A DNA stretch of 64,000 bases from Candidatus Yanofskybacteria bacterium RIFCSPHIGHO2_01_FULL_41_26 (GTDB taxonomy: Bacteria; Patescibacteriota; Minisyncoccia; 2-02-FULL-40-12; GWA2-44-9): positions 26,168 through 90,167 of the forward strand of contig MGJB01000006.1 of NCBI GenBank assembly GCA_001794055.1, in the 5' to 3' direction. A program made the translations under genes and the position numbers. Shown piece after piece: positions 18,983 to 28,313 of this stretch (position 1 is its first letter; every line of letters begins with the position of its first letter). The notes under the pieces were generated by a model. It was not told where the DNA came from. It was given only the letters and a program-made list of their open reading frames with translations, and ran no database searches.

Positions 18983-20050
18983 TTATTCTCTTTCTCCAAC
19001 CCTTGATCCTACTAACTCTTGATTATTTCTCTGACTGAATTTAGATAAGAATTCAGTCAGAGGGACGAAATGAACCAGTTCATCAAAAAGTATGCCGCCT
19101 TCAGTGCAATTGTATGTAATGCAACCAGCATCTTTGGCTAAATCCAGAAAAATATTCCGATACCAAAGATATGCCGGATCGGTATACCATGTCTCATTCA
19201 AGTAGGGATTATAAACCTGTGTAAAAGCCTCTGGCGTTCTATCTCCAAAAAGAGCAACAAGATCTCGGTAGTATTGAGTATTGAGAAGCGGAGTACCAGG
19301 CGCATAGCTTAAATCCATACCAACCAACGCAACATGTTTTCGTTTTAGTATTGCATGCGCAAAAATCCAAGCAGCAGTTCCAACATTGCCGCCGGTAAGC
19401 ATACAAGGTATGTGATTATTCTCAAAAAGCTCCCTGGAAAGACTCTCCGATTTGTCATAATCTTCATAAATAGGATTCCACCAATACAGTTCCATTCCCG
19501 ATTCCACGCATCTTTCCGTAACAGAAATATCGACACTGGTAGATATTATCAACTTGATCTTGGGACCATATCGGTTTACAAGCTCGATAGTTTCACGATT
19601 ATAGCGAATCTGATCTTGGTGATGACCAGGATCAAGATCTTGGCGAAGAAAATAATCATCTTCTAATCCCTTGTCCATTTTAGTATCGCCAAACAATCTT
19701 ACCATGCGGTGGCTTCTACCAAATGCGCCAGGATCAAGCGTAATAACAAAATGAGGAATAAGACCCTTTCTTAAACAATGCCCTAAAGACCCGTCGGCGA
19801 CAATAATATCACCAGAAAATCCTGAAGCCAAAATCTTAGCCACAGGATTTTTTCTATGCAAACTTGGTCCTCCAACAACTACAATAGCGGCTCCTTTCGG
19901 CTCCAAATGTTCTATAACAGACAAATCATCCACCGTTTTACTAAAATATTTTCGATTTTTAGCGGCATTATCCAGACCAAGCCGGCCGGTTTTTATAGCT
20001 GTCGCTTCGCTCATATAACAAGCAAGTTTATCTGCCAAATTAGATATCAT
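18983..20050 (-). CDS. Maf/DUF115 (MptE-like domain) protein, putative nonulosonate transferase
   Basis: AIVVVGGPSL, VADG, PHFVITLDP, GGNVG, ALVGMDL, NCTEGG; SD GGAGAGGA before ATG 20050. Confidence 0.75.
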   Translation of the reverse strand: MISNLADKLACYMSEATAIKTGRLGLDNAAKNRKYFSKTVDDLSVIEHLEPKGAAIVVVGGPSLHRKNPVAKILASGFSGDIIVADGSLGHCLRKGLIPHFVITLDPGAFGRSHRMVRLFGDTKMDKGLEDDYFLRQDLDPGHHQDQIRYNRETIELVNRYGPKIKLIISTSVDISVTERCVESGMELYWWNPIYEDYDKSESLSRELFENNHIPCMLTGGNVGTAAWIFAHAILKRKHVALVGMDLSYAPGTPLLNTQYYRDLVALFGDRTPEAFTQVYNPYLNETWYTDPAYLWYRNIFLDLAKDAGCITYNCTEGGILFDELVHFVPLTEFLSKFSQRNNQELVGSRVGERE

Positions 20051-20222
20051 CTTTAGTTCCTCTCCAAGTAAAATCTTTCTTAACAAACGTGATGCTGCCA
20101 CCAAGTTTTTTTAAAGCCGCGGCTTCAAATTCTTCTCCCAATGAAACCGGCTTTTCTTCTTTTGGCGCATCTGTATCTTTTAATCCCGGAATCTTATAGT
20201 TCCCCTTTAAAATTTTGTCCAT
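20040..20222 (-). CDS. Small hypothetical protein (60 aa), first gene of Maf-radical SAM operon
   Basis: Own promoter, boxA-like motif and SD AAGGA; stop overlaps start of next gene. Confidence 0.6.
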   Translation of the reverse strand: MDKILKGNYKIPGLKDTDAPKEEKPVSLGEEFEAAALKKLGGSITFVKKDFTWRGTKDDI

Positions 20223-20295
20223 TGTCCAGTTCCTTTTTAAATTGTCAAAAATCTAAGCTGTCTGTCACCATACAACAAAAACCATCGTTTTTCAA
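20223..20295 (-). promoter_or_regulatory. sigma70 promoter + boxA-like motif + SD (unit 1)
   Basis: TTGAAA-17-TATGGT; GATTTTTGACAATT (20253-20240); AAGGA. Confidence 0.7.
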
Positions 20296-20336
20296 GACAG
20301 GTTGTAAAAACATCTTTTTTGTGAAAGAATTTGGGA

Positions 20337-22112
20337 ATGTATTTTAATTCTCCGGATAATCTTCCAGAATCAGAAAAAAAATATGAATATCTGCATTCGA
20401 AAGAAAGAATAGAACACTTGCGTCGTATTATTAACGGCCGGCCCGTGGCCATTTTGGCCGCTGGCCCCTCAATCAGTGAATTAGAAGCAAGAATCGAAGA
20501 ACTATCTCAAACCGATATTTGTTATTTTGGGATGAATTTCTTTTTTGTTCAAGAAGATAATATTTTAAAAAAGATAAATAAGCGTTTTTCCGTGTTAACT
20601 ACGGGAGCCAATAAGGGTTTGCTCCATGTTTACGGCGGGGCCAGCCTTTTTGATAGGATCACTGATTTTTTGAATAGAAATGATGATAATTTGTTAATTT
20701 CCAGTTTCTACGGAAACCAGCTTAATCTGCTTGGTCCCCACTTTAACCTGCAGGAATTTTTAGATAAATATAACAATAAACTCTTTTTCCCCAGCTATAG
20801 TACCAATAGAACTGTTCCGGACAACAATCGTCCCATGCATTTCTTCGCGAGTAATTCTCTCGCCGGACTAATATATATGGCCATAATCGGCAAGGCCTCT
20901 AAAATTGTTCTGTTCGGATCAGACGGCTACACCCTTGAAAAAAATCCTGAAAAAACGTATTACCGTTCCAAAGAATATCTCTCTAACAAATATGAGTATG
21001 AGAGAAATAATCAACAGAAACTAGTGGAACCGCTTATTAACGACGCTAACAAGCTCTTCAACCCTATTGTTCCCCTTTCTTTGCGAAATATCTACAAAAC
21101 CTACCCCATTAAACCTGTTCCAATTTTAAATTGTTCCGAAGTTAGTTATTATACTCCTTTTCCAAAGACCTCATACAACGACACTTTTGCCTTCTTGTTG
21201 GGTAAAAAGAATATTGAAGAAATTGTTGATCTCCGCATCCCAACAGCCTCAATCATCATTCCGTCTTCCGACGACACAAATGAATTGCGGACCACTCTGG
21301 AAAGTATTGCAAAACAATCATATTCAAATTATGAGACAGTCGTTATCAAAAGGAGTCCAAATTTTTTGGATACTATGGAAAACGCCCTATCCTTGACCAA
21401 AGGAAAATATATTTTCTATTGCCATTCGGGCTACGGCTACCGAGACCAAGATTGGTTAAATTCCTGCATAGCAATATTGGAAAATAGGCCCCGGATTTCT
21501 TTAGTATGCGGCATACCCGAAAACCAGCTTACTGACCCTCCCTGGCCGGAAAAAAAGTTCCTCTATTACTGGCTCAAGAAAAAGATTTTCTTCCCTCCAA
21601 ACACAATTTGCGTACGAAAAAAAGTACTCGAAAAATGCCTGCTCCCCCAGGAAGATAATGCAAAAACCGACACTGAATTGGAAAGTTGGCTAAACTTTAA
21701 TCTGCGCTTTAATATTAACGGCTATCTGCCTACTTTTATTTCGACGGTTTCCGATAATAATCGGAATGACTTCATCGACGGTAATTCGCTAGATATTTTC
21801 AGAAAAAAAATTGCATTCTACAGAAAAGGCCTCATTCTTAAAAAAACCTGTCATCATTTCAGAGACGGTGACGACAACATTTTACCTGGAAAATTCTATT
21901 TGAGCATGTTTTTACTATATAAACCAGCTAAAATAATTGAAACCAAATTACTCTGTCCTTTATATCCTCGTTTAAACATTATTAAGCGAATCGCCAGAAA
22001 TACTGTCAAGCAAATAGTCCTACGGATATTAAGTTTAACTTCGTCTTCCATTGAGCGAAAAGCTGTCAATTTGTATCGATCCCTAAAGAAAAAAAGGTTG
22101 CGCGAAAAATAA
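20337..22112 (+). CDS. Two-domain transferase: DUF115/sialyltransferase-like N-terminus + GT2-like C-terminus
   Basis: VAILAAGPSI, KIVLFGSDG, ILNCS; then PTASIIIP..LRTTLESIAKQSYSNYE. Confidence 0.6.
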   Translation: MYFNSPDNLPESEKKYEYLHSKERIEHLRRIINGRPVAILAAGPSISELEARIEELSQTDICYFGMNFFFVQEDNILKKINKRFSVLTTGANKGLLHVYGGASLFDRITDFLNRNDDNLLISSFYGNQLNLLGPHFNLQEFLDKYNNKLFFPSYSTNRTVPDNNRPMHFFASNSLAGLIYMAIIGKASKIVLFGSDGYTLEKNPEKTYYRSKEYLSNKYEYERNNQQKLVEPLINDANKLFNPIVPLSLRNIYKTYPIKPVPILNCSEVSYYTPFPKTSYNDTFAFLLGKKNIEEIVDLRIPTASIIIPSSDDTNELRTTLESIAKQSYSNYETVVIKRSPNFLDTMENALSLTKGKYIFYCHSGYGYRDQDWLNSCIAILENRPRISLVCGIPENQLTDPPWPEKKFLYYWLKKKIFFPPNTICVRKKVLEKCLLPQEDNAKTDTELESWLNFNLRFNINGYLPTFISTVSDNNRNDFIDGNSLDIFRKKIAFYRKGLILKKTCHHFRDGDDNILPGKFYLSMFLLYKPAKIIETKLLCPLYPRLNIIKRIARNTVKQIVLRILSLTSSSIERKAVNLYRSLKKKRLREK

Positions 22113-22147
22113 AAAATTGGTAATTGTTATTAATAGGTCATTTCGAC

Positions 22148-23152
22148 ATGATTATATCTCGAACACCATTCCGAATATCTTTTTTTGGTGGAGGCACCGA
22201 TTACCCTGCTTGGTATAAAAAGAACGGCGGGGCCGTTCTTTCAACAACAATCAACAAGTATTGTTATTTAAGTTGTAGAAATTTGCCTCCGTTTTTTAAA
22301 CATACATACCGTGTTGTTTATTCGCGTCAAGAATTAGTAAATAAAATTAAAGACATAGATCATCCCTCTGTCAGACATGCATTAAATTTTCTGAATATAG
22401 ACGGCGGGGTTGAGATACATCACCAAGCCGATCTTCCGGCAAGATCCGGACTTGGTTCAAGTTCATCTTTTACCGTTGGTCTAGTAAATGCTCTAAGCGG
22501 TCTTAAGGGTGAAGTCAAGAACAAAAGACAACTGGCCCTTGACGCAATAAATATTGAACAGAATTTGATAAAAGAAAATGTCGGTTCCCAAGATCAAACA
22601 GCAGCGGCTTTTGGAGGTTTTAATAAAATAAGTTTTGGAGGAATCCAGGAAATATCAATACAACCAATAATTATAAATTCAAACCGTATTGAATCGTTCC
22701 AAAATCACCTGATGTTATTTTTCACCGGTCTTTCAAGAAATGCTTCTAAGATAGCTAGGGAACAGATTAAAAACATTGAAAATAAAGATAAGGAATTAAA
22801 AATAATGCATGAACTTGTCCATGAAGCGACGAACATTCTTACAAACAACAGAGCAGATCTGGCTGAATTCGGTAAATTAATGGGGCAGGGCTGGAAAATA
22901 AAAAAATCCTTGTCATCCAAAATAACAAACCCGTATTTAGATAATATACACGACGTGGGAATGAGAGCAGGAGCATTGGGATGTAAATTGCTTGGCGCCG
23001 GGGGCGGTGGATTTATATTATTTTTTGCAAAACCGGAAGATCAAGAAAAAATTAAAAAGAAACTAAAAAACCTATTATACGTCCCCTTCCGATTCGATCA
23101 TCTTGGCAGTCAAATAATTTACTACGCTCAAGACAACAATGAAACTTATTAA
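22148..23152 (+). CDS. hddA: GHMP kinase, D-glycero-D-manno-heptose-7-phosphate kinase family
   Basis: RTPFRISFFGGGTDY, PARSGLGSSS, GSQDQ, KLLGAGGGG. Confidence 0.88.
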   Translation: MIISRTPFRISFFGGGTDYPAWYKKNGGAVLSTTINKYCYLSCRNLPPFFKHTYRVVYSRQELVNKIKDIDHPSVRHALNFLNIDGGVEIHHQADLPARSGLGSSSSFTVGLVNALSGLKGEVKNKRQLALDAINIEQNLIKENVGSQDQTAAAFGGFNKISFGGIQEISIQPIIINSNRIESFQNHLMLFFTGLSRNASKIAREQIKNIENKDKELKIMHELVHEATNILTNNRADLAEFGKLMGQGWKIKKSLSSKITNPYLDNIHDVGMRAGALGCKLLGAGGGGFILFFAKPEDQEKIKKKLKNLLYVPFRFDHLGSQIIYYAQDNNETY

Positions 23153-23174
23153 GTAGTTCTCAATTAAAAAATAT

Positions 23175-23238
23175 TTGACAATACAATTTTTTTTATTTAA
23201 AGTATTTCTTATTCTTTAACAATTGCAGTGGAGTAACA
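23175..23238 (+). promoter_or_regulatory. sigma70 promoter + boxA-like motif + SD (unit 2)
   Basis: TTGACA-17-TAAAGT; ATTCTTTAACAATT (23211); GGAG. Confidence 0.75.
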
Positions 23239-25122
23239 ATGAGGTCCTCTGATCTGGGAATGATAGCAAATATTTCTCATGCTTTTCGTCCAAATATAAC
23301 CTTAGAAATGTTTCGAAGAATGTGCCTAATCAGATATTTCGAGTTAAATGTAAAGAAAGCATATGACCAAGGATTGATGCCAAAGGCTCCAATTTATCTT
23401 TCTATTGGGCAGGAGACAATTTTTGCAGCCTTATCCATGATTTTTGAAAAAACAGCTTTATTCGGCCAACACAGAGGACATGGCATTTACCTAGCATTCG
23501 GAGGCAATCCAGTAAAACTCATTGACGAGTTACTTGGCCGACCTACCGGTTGTGCCAAAGGCATGGGAGGTTCAGCATCTATTCACTGCCCTGAAATAGA
23601 GATGATCGGTCACGACGGATTGATGGGAACACAAGTTGCTGACGCCGTTGGCAGTACATTGCCTTATAAAGAGACGGCTATTACTTTTATGGGCGATGCT
23701 AGCGCTGAAGAGGGATTTGTTCTTGGGCCAATCGGTTATGCGTTTACCAAACAACTTCCGGTTCTTTTTGTTGTTTGTGATAATGGACTGTCTATTTTAA
23801 CAAAAACAGAAGTTCGCCGAAGCTGGACCATGGCAAGACATGCTCACTTTGGCATGCCATCAATTGATATTACCGACGATCCATGGCTGATAATGCACTA
23901 TGCCAAAGAGTTAAGTAATCCCCTACCCGCTTTAATGAATATTAGAGTTTGCCGAGAACTTTGGCATGCTGGAACAGGAAAAGACAGTGAACCAGAATGG
24001 AATCGATTTAAAATGGTAAGAGAAGAGATGAGACAATTAGACCTTGGCGTATCGGTTGAAACCATAGAAAACGAAATAAAAAGGTGGATAGACAACTTAT
24101 GGGATAAAAAACTTCAAGAACCAACTCCTTGTATATTATCCCCCAGAAAAGTATTTACCATCATTGATCCGAATTACAAATATGAAAGAAACCCGATTCC
24201 TCCACCCAGCAGAATGAAAGTAAAAGAGGTGATTAAGACTTTTACTCGTGATACTTTAAAACGTGGCGGTAAAGCAATGGGCCAATGCCTAACTGCTGTA
24301 GGTTGGGTAGGCGGAACAGTGCCGGAAATGACGGAACAGGAAGGATTGATTGAATTGTCGATGGATGATACATCTGGTTCGGGAATCGCCGTTGGCTGTT
24401 CCAGAAAAGTACCGACTATTTACATAGTCCGCTATCAAGGATTCCAGTGGTTCAACGGCGCATTCATTGCTAACCTTGCCGCAAAATCAAAAGAAATGTG
24501 GGGCATTTCCCGCAGATTATTTGTCCGTTCCATCGCCATGGAGGGCGGTATCGGACCCGTAGCATCTAACAGTCATCACGGAATGTTCACAAGGATACCT
24601 GGTCTCACGGTTGTTGCTCCGATGACACCCGGAGAATACCTACAAATTGTTGAGTATTTTAATAGCCACGATGATCCGATGTATGTAAGCGAGCACAGAA
24701 AAAGTTTTGACATTGATTGTGAGATGCCGGATGTTATAAATCATCCTTCTCACATCACCTTATTTCCAATATCCGCAGCAAGATTAAACACCGCAGAAGC
24801 GGCAAATATTCTTCTGAAAGAAGGGATAATTTGCAACATAATTCATGTTCTTTGGCTTAAACCATTTATTATCAGCAGTGAAATACTGACATCTTTAGAA
24901 AATTCTTACTACGGGGGCGTGGTCCTTGATACCGATTACGAAAACGGAGCCGCAAAATGCATTGCCTGCGATATTATGCAATTTACAAAAAAGAGGGTCC
25001 GTGTTCTCGGTCTTGAAGAAAGAACTGCCGGATTTGCCCCGCACCTTGACAACCTACCGCCATCTACAGAAAAAATATGTGAATGTATACGAAAAATAGT
25101 TGATGGCAAGCAAGAAAAATAA
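23239..25122 (+). CDS. Fused TPP-dependent 2-oxoacid dehydrogenase E1 alpha/beta-like enzyme
   Basis: IRYFE, YLSIGQE, HRGHG, GMGGS, TPP motif GDA-x-VCDN; transketolase C-terminal-like second half. Confidence 0.82.
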   Translation: MRSSDLGMIANISHAFRPNITLEMFRRMCLIRYFELNVKKAYDQGLMPKAPIYLSIGQETIFAALSMIFEKTALFGQHRGHGIYLAFGGNPVKLIDELLGRPTGCAKGMGGSASIHCPEIEMIGHDGLMGTQVADAVGSTLPYKETAITFMGDASAEEGFVLGPIGYAFTKQLPVLFVVCDNGLSILTKTEVRRSWTMARHAHFGMPSIDITDDPWLIMHYAKELSNPLPALMNIRVCRELWHAGTGKDSEPEWNRFKMVREEMRQLDLGVSVETIENEIKRWIDNLWDKKLQEPTPCILSPRKVFTIIDPNYKYERNPIPPPSRMKVKEVIKTFTRDTLKRGGKAMGQCLTAVGWVGGTVPEMTEQEGLIELSMDDTSGSGIAVGCSRKVPTIYIVRYQGFQWFNGAFIANLAAKSKEMWGISRRLFVRSIAMEGGIGPVASNSHHGMFTRIPGLTVVAPMTPGEYLQIVEYFNSHDDPMYVSEHRKSFDIDCEMPDVINHPSHITLFPISAARLNTAEAANILLKEGIICNIIHVLWLKPFIISSEILTSLENSYYGGVVLDTDYENGAAKCIACDIMQFTKKRVRVLGLEERTAGFAPHLDNLPPSTEKICECIRKIVDGKQEK

Positions 25123-25146
25123 CCGTCTTCAGTGACGGTTTTAATT
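25121..25146 (+). terminator. Intrinsic terminator after TPP enzyme
   Basis: AACCGTC-TTCAGT-GACGGTT followed by TTAATTT. Confidence 0.7.
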
Positions 25147-25180
25147 TGCTTTTTTCCTTTATTTCGTATAATTTTTAACA

Positions 25181-25729
25181 ATGATCAAACAAAAAAAACA
25201 ACTGCGAGCAGTCGTAATAACCGCGGAAGGTTTTGAGGATGAAGAGGTAATTTATCCTGTTATACGCCTGAAAGAAGAAGGATTTATTGTTGATATCGCA
25301 ACCAGGGACGCAAAGTTGGTTCTTGGACGCTTGAATTTTCCGCTTGAACTGATTATCCGTTATTATGGGACGCTCGTTAATGCTAAAAAACTTGAGGCCA
25401 AAAATTATGATTTGGTTTTAATCCCGGGCGGATTTGAAGCCCCGGACAGAGTGAGACAAATTCCGGAAATTTTAGAATTCGTCCGCCGGATGAATAGACA
25501 AAAAAAGATCGTCTCTGCTTTCTGCCATGGTCCTTGGGTTTTAATTTCGGCAGGAATAATTAAAGGAAAAAAAATTACGGGCTATATCGGAATTAAAGAT
25601 GATATTAATAATGCCGGTGCCATATATACCGACCAGCCGGCCGTTATTGACGGCAACATCATAACAGCAAGACATCCGCGCGATGTTACCGATCTGATGA
25701 AAGCTATTTTTTCTAAATTTAAGAAATAA
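25181..25729 (+). CDS. DJ-1/PfpI family protein
   Basis: GFEDEE, IPGG, FCHGPW, VIDGNIITAR; TATAAT 8 nt before ATG. Confidence 0.9.
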   Translation: MIKQKKQLRAVVITAEGFEDEEVIYPVIRLKEEGFIVDIATRDAKLVLGRLNFPLELIIRYYGTLVNAKKLEAKNYDLVLIPGGFEAPDRVRQIPEILEFVRRMNRQKKIVSAFCHGPWVLISAGIIKGKKITGYIGIKDDINNAGAIYTDQPAVIDGNIITARHPRDVTDLMKAIFSKFKK

Positions 25730-25734
25730 TCAGT

Positions 25735-26469
25735 ATGCTGAAAAAAATCAAACTATCTTTTGCGGACAAGAAATCTCTTGCAATGAAATCAATTGAAATA
25801 GCTCCAATAAACATTGACTTGTCAAAAATGATAGTTAATAAACCTTGGGGATATGAGTACCTTCTTACAAATACTCCGCTGGTGGAGGTTTGGCATCTAT
25901 CACTTGATTACTTGAAATCAACTTCAACACATTGTCATCCTAACAAAAAAACAGCCCTTGTCGTGTTAGAGGGCAAGGCCCTTTTCTCGACCCTAAATAA
26001 ATCCGTTAAACTCTCCCCGATGGATGCGATAATAATAGATGCTGGTGTTTTTCATTCAACTAAGTGTATCTCAAAAGAGGGTCTTAAATTACTTGAAGTT
26101 GAGACACCCCCGATGAAACATGACTTAATCCGGCTTAAGGATAGATATGGCAGAACTAACGCTGGATATGAAGGCAAAGAAAAGATGCAATTAATAAATA
26201 ACTCTTATGTTAAATTCAAAAGCGAGGAACCTCACGTGGTAAAAAACTTCTGTAATAATTACCTTTGTTTGTCCTTTATACAAAATGACAACGACCTAAG
26301 AATTTTATTGTCCCAAAAGCCAGAGTTGGCAGTAATCTTAAACGGATTCATCAAATCAGCGGATAATAATATCTTATACCGTCTCGGTGATGTCATAAAA
26401 ACCAACACGCTCAAAAACAATAAAATAAAATTTAATAATGTCTCGCTCCTCTCAATTTCAAAAGCCTAA
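25735..26469 (+). CDS. Cupin-domain protein (mannose-6-phosphate isomerase type II-like)
   Basis: KPWGYE, STHCHPNK, GVFHS, RLKDRYGR. Confidence 0.7.
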   Translation: MLKKIKLSFADKKSLAMKSIEIAPINIDLSKMIVNKPWGYEYLLTNTPLVEVWHLSLDYLKSTSTHCHPNKKTALVVLEGKALFSTLNKSVKLSPMDAIIIDAGVFHSTKCISKEGLKLLEVETPPMKHDLIRLKDRYGRTNAGYEGKEKMQLINNSYVKFKSEEPHVVKNFCNNYLCLSFIQNDNDLRILLSQKPELAVILNGFIKSADNNILYRLGDVIKTNTLKNNKIKFNNVSLLSISKA

Positions 26470-27103
26470 CAAAAAAGTAATAATTTTCGATTTTGACGGT
26501 GTTCTGGCTGACTCGTTTGACCATTTTTACTCTCTAAACAGGGACGGAATGAAACATGTTGGTCTTTCTTTTACGAAAGAACAATATCGAAATCTGTTTA
26601 TCGGCAATGTCCATCAAGGATTTAAAAATTTTATAAACGATGACCAAAAATATCTAACTTTTTCAGAATTCAGAAACGAAAATTATGACCGAAACTACTA
26701 CAACAAGGAGGGGGGCGTTAAACTGTTTCCGGAAGCACTGACATTTCTGAAAAAAATAGGCGAAAAATACATTCTAACAGTTGCTTCGTCCAGCCACAAA
26801 AACAATATCAAAAATTTATTGGAAAAAAACAAGGTATTAGACATATTTGGGTTAATAATTGCAAACACGACTACAACAAAAGCGGGAATGCTAAATGAAA
26901 TAATGAAAAAATTCAATGCTAAGCCGTCAGAAGTATTGATGATAACCGATACCATTGGTGATATTCTAATAGCAAAAAAGTCCGGTCTTAAAACTATAGC
27001 CGCTACTTGGGGTTTTCATTCTTCAAAATTGTTAAGGTCAGCCAAACCCGATTGCCTTGCCAGTAATTTTAAAATGCTGTATAAACAACTCAAAGCTTTT
27101 TGA
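26438..27103 (+). CDS. HAD-superfamily phosphatase
   Basis: FDFDGVLADS, ASS, MITDTIGD, ATWGF. Confidence 0.85.
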   Translation: MSRSSQFQKPNKKVIIFDFDGVLADSFDHFYSLNRDGMKHVGLSFTKEQYRNLFIGNVHQGFKNFINDDQKYLTFSEFRNENYDRNYYNKEGGVKLFPEALTFLKKIGEKYILTVASSSHKNNIKNLLEKNKVLDIFGLIIANTTTTKAGMLNEIMKKFNAKPSEVLMITDTIGDILIAKKSGLKTIAATWGFHSSKLLRSAKPDCLASNFKMLYKQLKAF

Positions 27104-27119
27104 AAAATAGGAGAACACC
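27057..27119 (+). promoter_or_regulatory. sigma70 promoter + boxA-like motif + SD (unit 3), overlapping HAD gene 3' end
   Basis: TTGCCA-17-TATAAA; GCTTTTTGAAAAAT (27095); AGGAG before TTG start. Confidence 0.65.
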
Positions 27120-28313
27120 TTGACCAGTTACAAGTTCCCCTTGGTCACAGACACAATTACCGCAGAAGACAATATTGCTAGAGCTAATTGGCTAATGACC
27201 AACCCCCGATTAACTATGGGGTCTTTGGTTAAAGCATACGAAAACAAATGGTCTCGGTGGGTGGGCAGAAAATATTCTGTTGCCTGCAATTCCGGATCAT
27301 CCGCAAATTTACTTATGTATGACGCCCTACTTCAGTCAGGAAAGCTGCAAAACAAAAAGATCATCGTTCCAAGCTCCGCCTGGGTTACCACCATAGCTCC
27401 AGCCATTCAGCTCGGGTTTGAACCAATTATGTGTGACGCAGATGAATCTAGTTTTGGATTGGACATTGATCATTTAGAAGAATTGCTACTTAAACATAAA
27501 CCTGGAACCGTGATGCTTGTTCAAGTTTTGGGTGTTCCAGCTAATATGGACAAAATAATGCAACTCAAAGAAGATTATGACTTCTTCCTGCTTGAAGACG
27601 CTTGCGCCGCAATGGGTTCATCATATCGCGGCCGTAAAATAGGCACCTTTGGCGACATGTCCAGTATATCAACCTACTTTGGTCACCAATTCTCAACCGT
27701 TGAAGGCGGCATGGTTTCAACCGATGACAAGGAGCTGTATACAATCGCTTTTATGTTGCGCAGTCACGGCTGGATCAACGGGCTTGACCCAGAAACAAGA
27801 GCTCAATATTTAAATAAGCATAGCATCAAAGACATTGGAACCGGATTCGTTTTTCCTTATGCAGGATATAATTTTCGGCTTACTGACGACCATGCTTTTA
27901 TTGGTTTGAGACAATTAGACAGAATGGAATGGCTTATTAGACAAAGATATGGCAACCACCTGCTTTATCAAAAACTGTTAACGGGCCTCTTTGGCTTCCA
28001 AATGTTTGATAAGGATACGACTGTTTGCAGTATTCACTTTTGTGCATTAGCCGAAAGTGAAGATGAAAGAAATTTCATTACTTCGGAACTTCAGGAAAAT
28101 AGCATAGAAACTAGGCCGTTTACTTCAGGCAATCAAGGCCTACAGCCATATTGGTTCAAAAAATATCCCAAATTTAATGGCCAAACGGCTACTCGATTAT
28201 ATGAATGCGGATTCTTTTTACCAAACTATCCGACATTAACTAATTCTGATATTGAACATATTTGTTCGGTAGCGATAAAAGCCGCGCTGGAACACCGTAA
28301 AGGAGACAGATAG
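27120..28313 (+). CDS. PLP-dependent NDP-4-keto-6-deoxysugar 3-dehydratase (ColD-like, DegT family)
   Basis: NSGSSANL, EDAC, STYFGHQFSTVEGG (His where aminotransferases have Lys), LRSHGW, GYNFR. Confidence 0.8.
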   Translation: MTSYKFPLVTDTITAEDNIARANWLMTNPRLTMGSLVKAYENKWSRWVGRKYSVACNSGSSANLLMYDALLQSGKLQNKKIIVPSSAWVTTIAPAIQLGFEPIMCDADESSFGLDIDHLEELLLKHKPGTVMLVQVLGVPANMDKIMQLKEDYDFFLLEDACAAMGSSYRGRKIGTFGDMSSISTYFGHQFSTVEGGMVSTDDKELYTIAFMLRSHGWINGLDPETRAQYLNKHSIKDIGTGFVFPYAGYNFRLTDDHAFIGLRQLDRMEWLIRQRYGNHLLYQKLLTGLFGFQMFDKDTTVCSIHFCALAESEDERNFITSELQENSIETRPFTSGNQGLQPYWFKKYPKFNGQTATRLYECGFFLPNYPTLTNSDIEHICSVAIKAALEHRKGDR

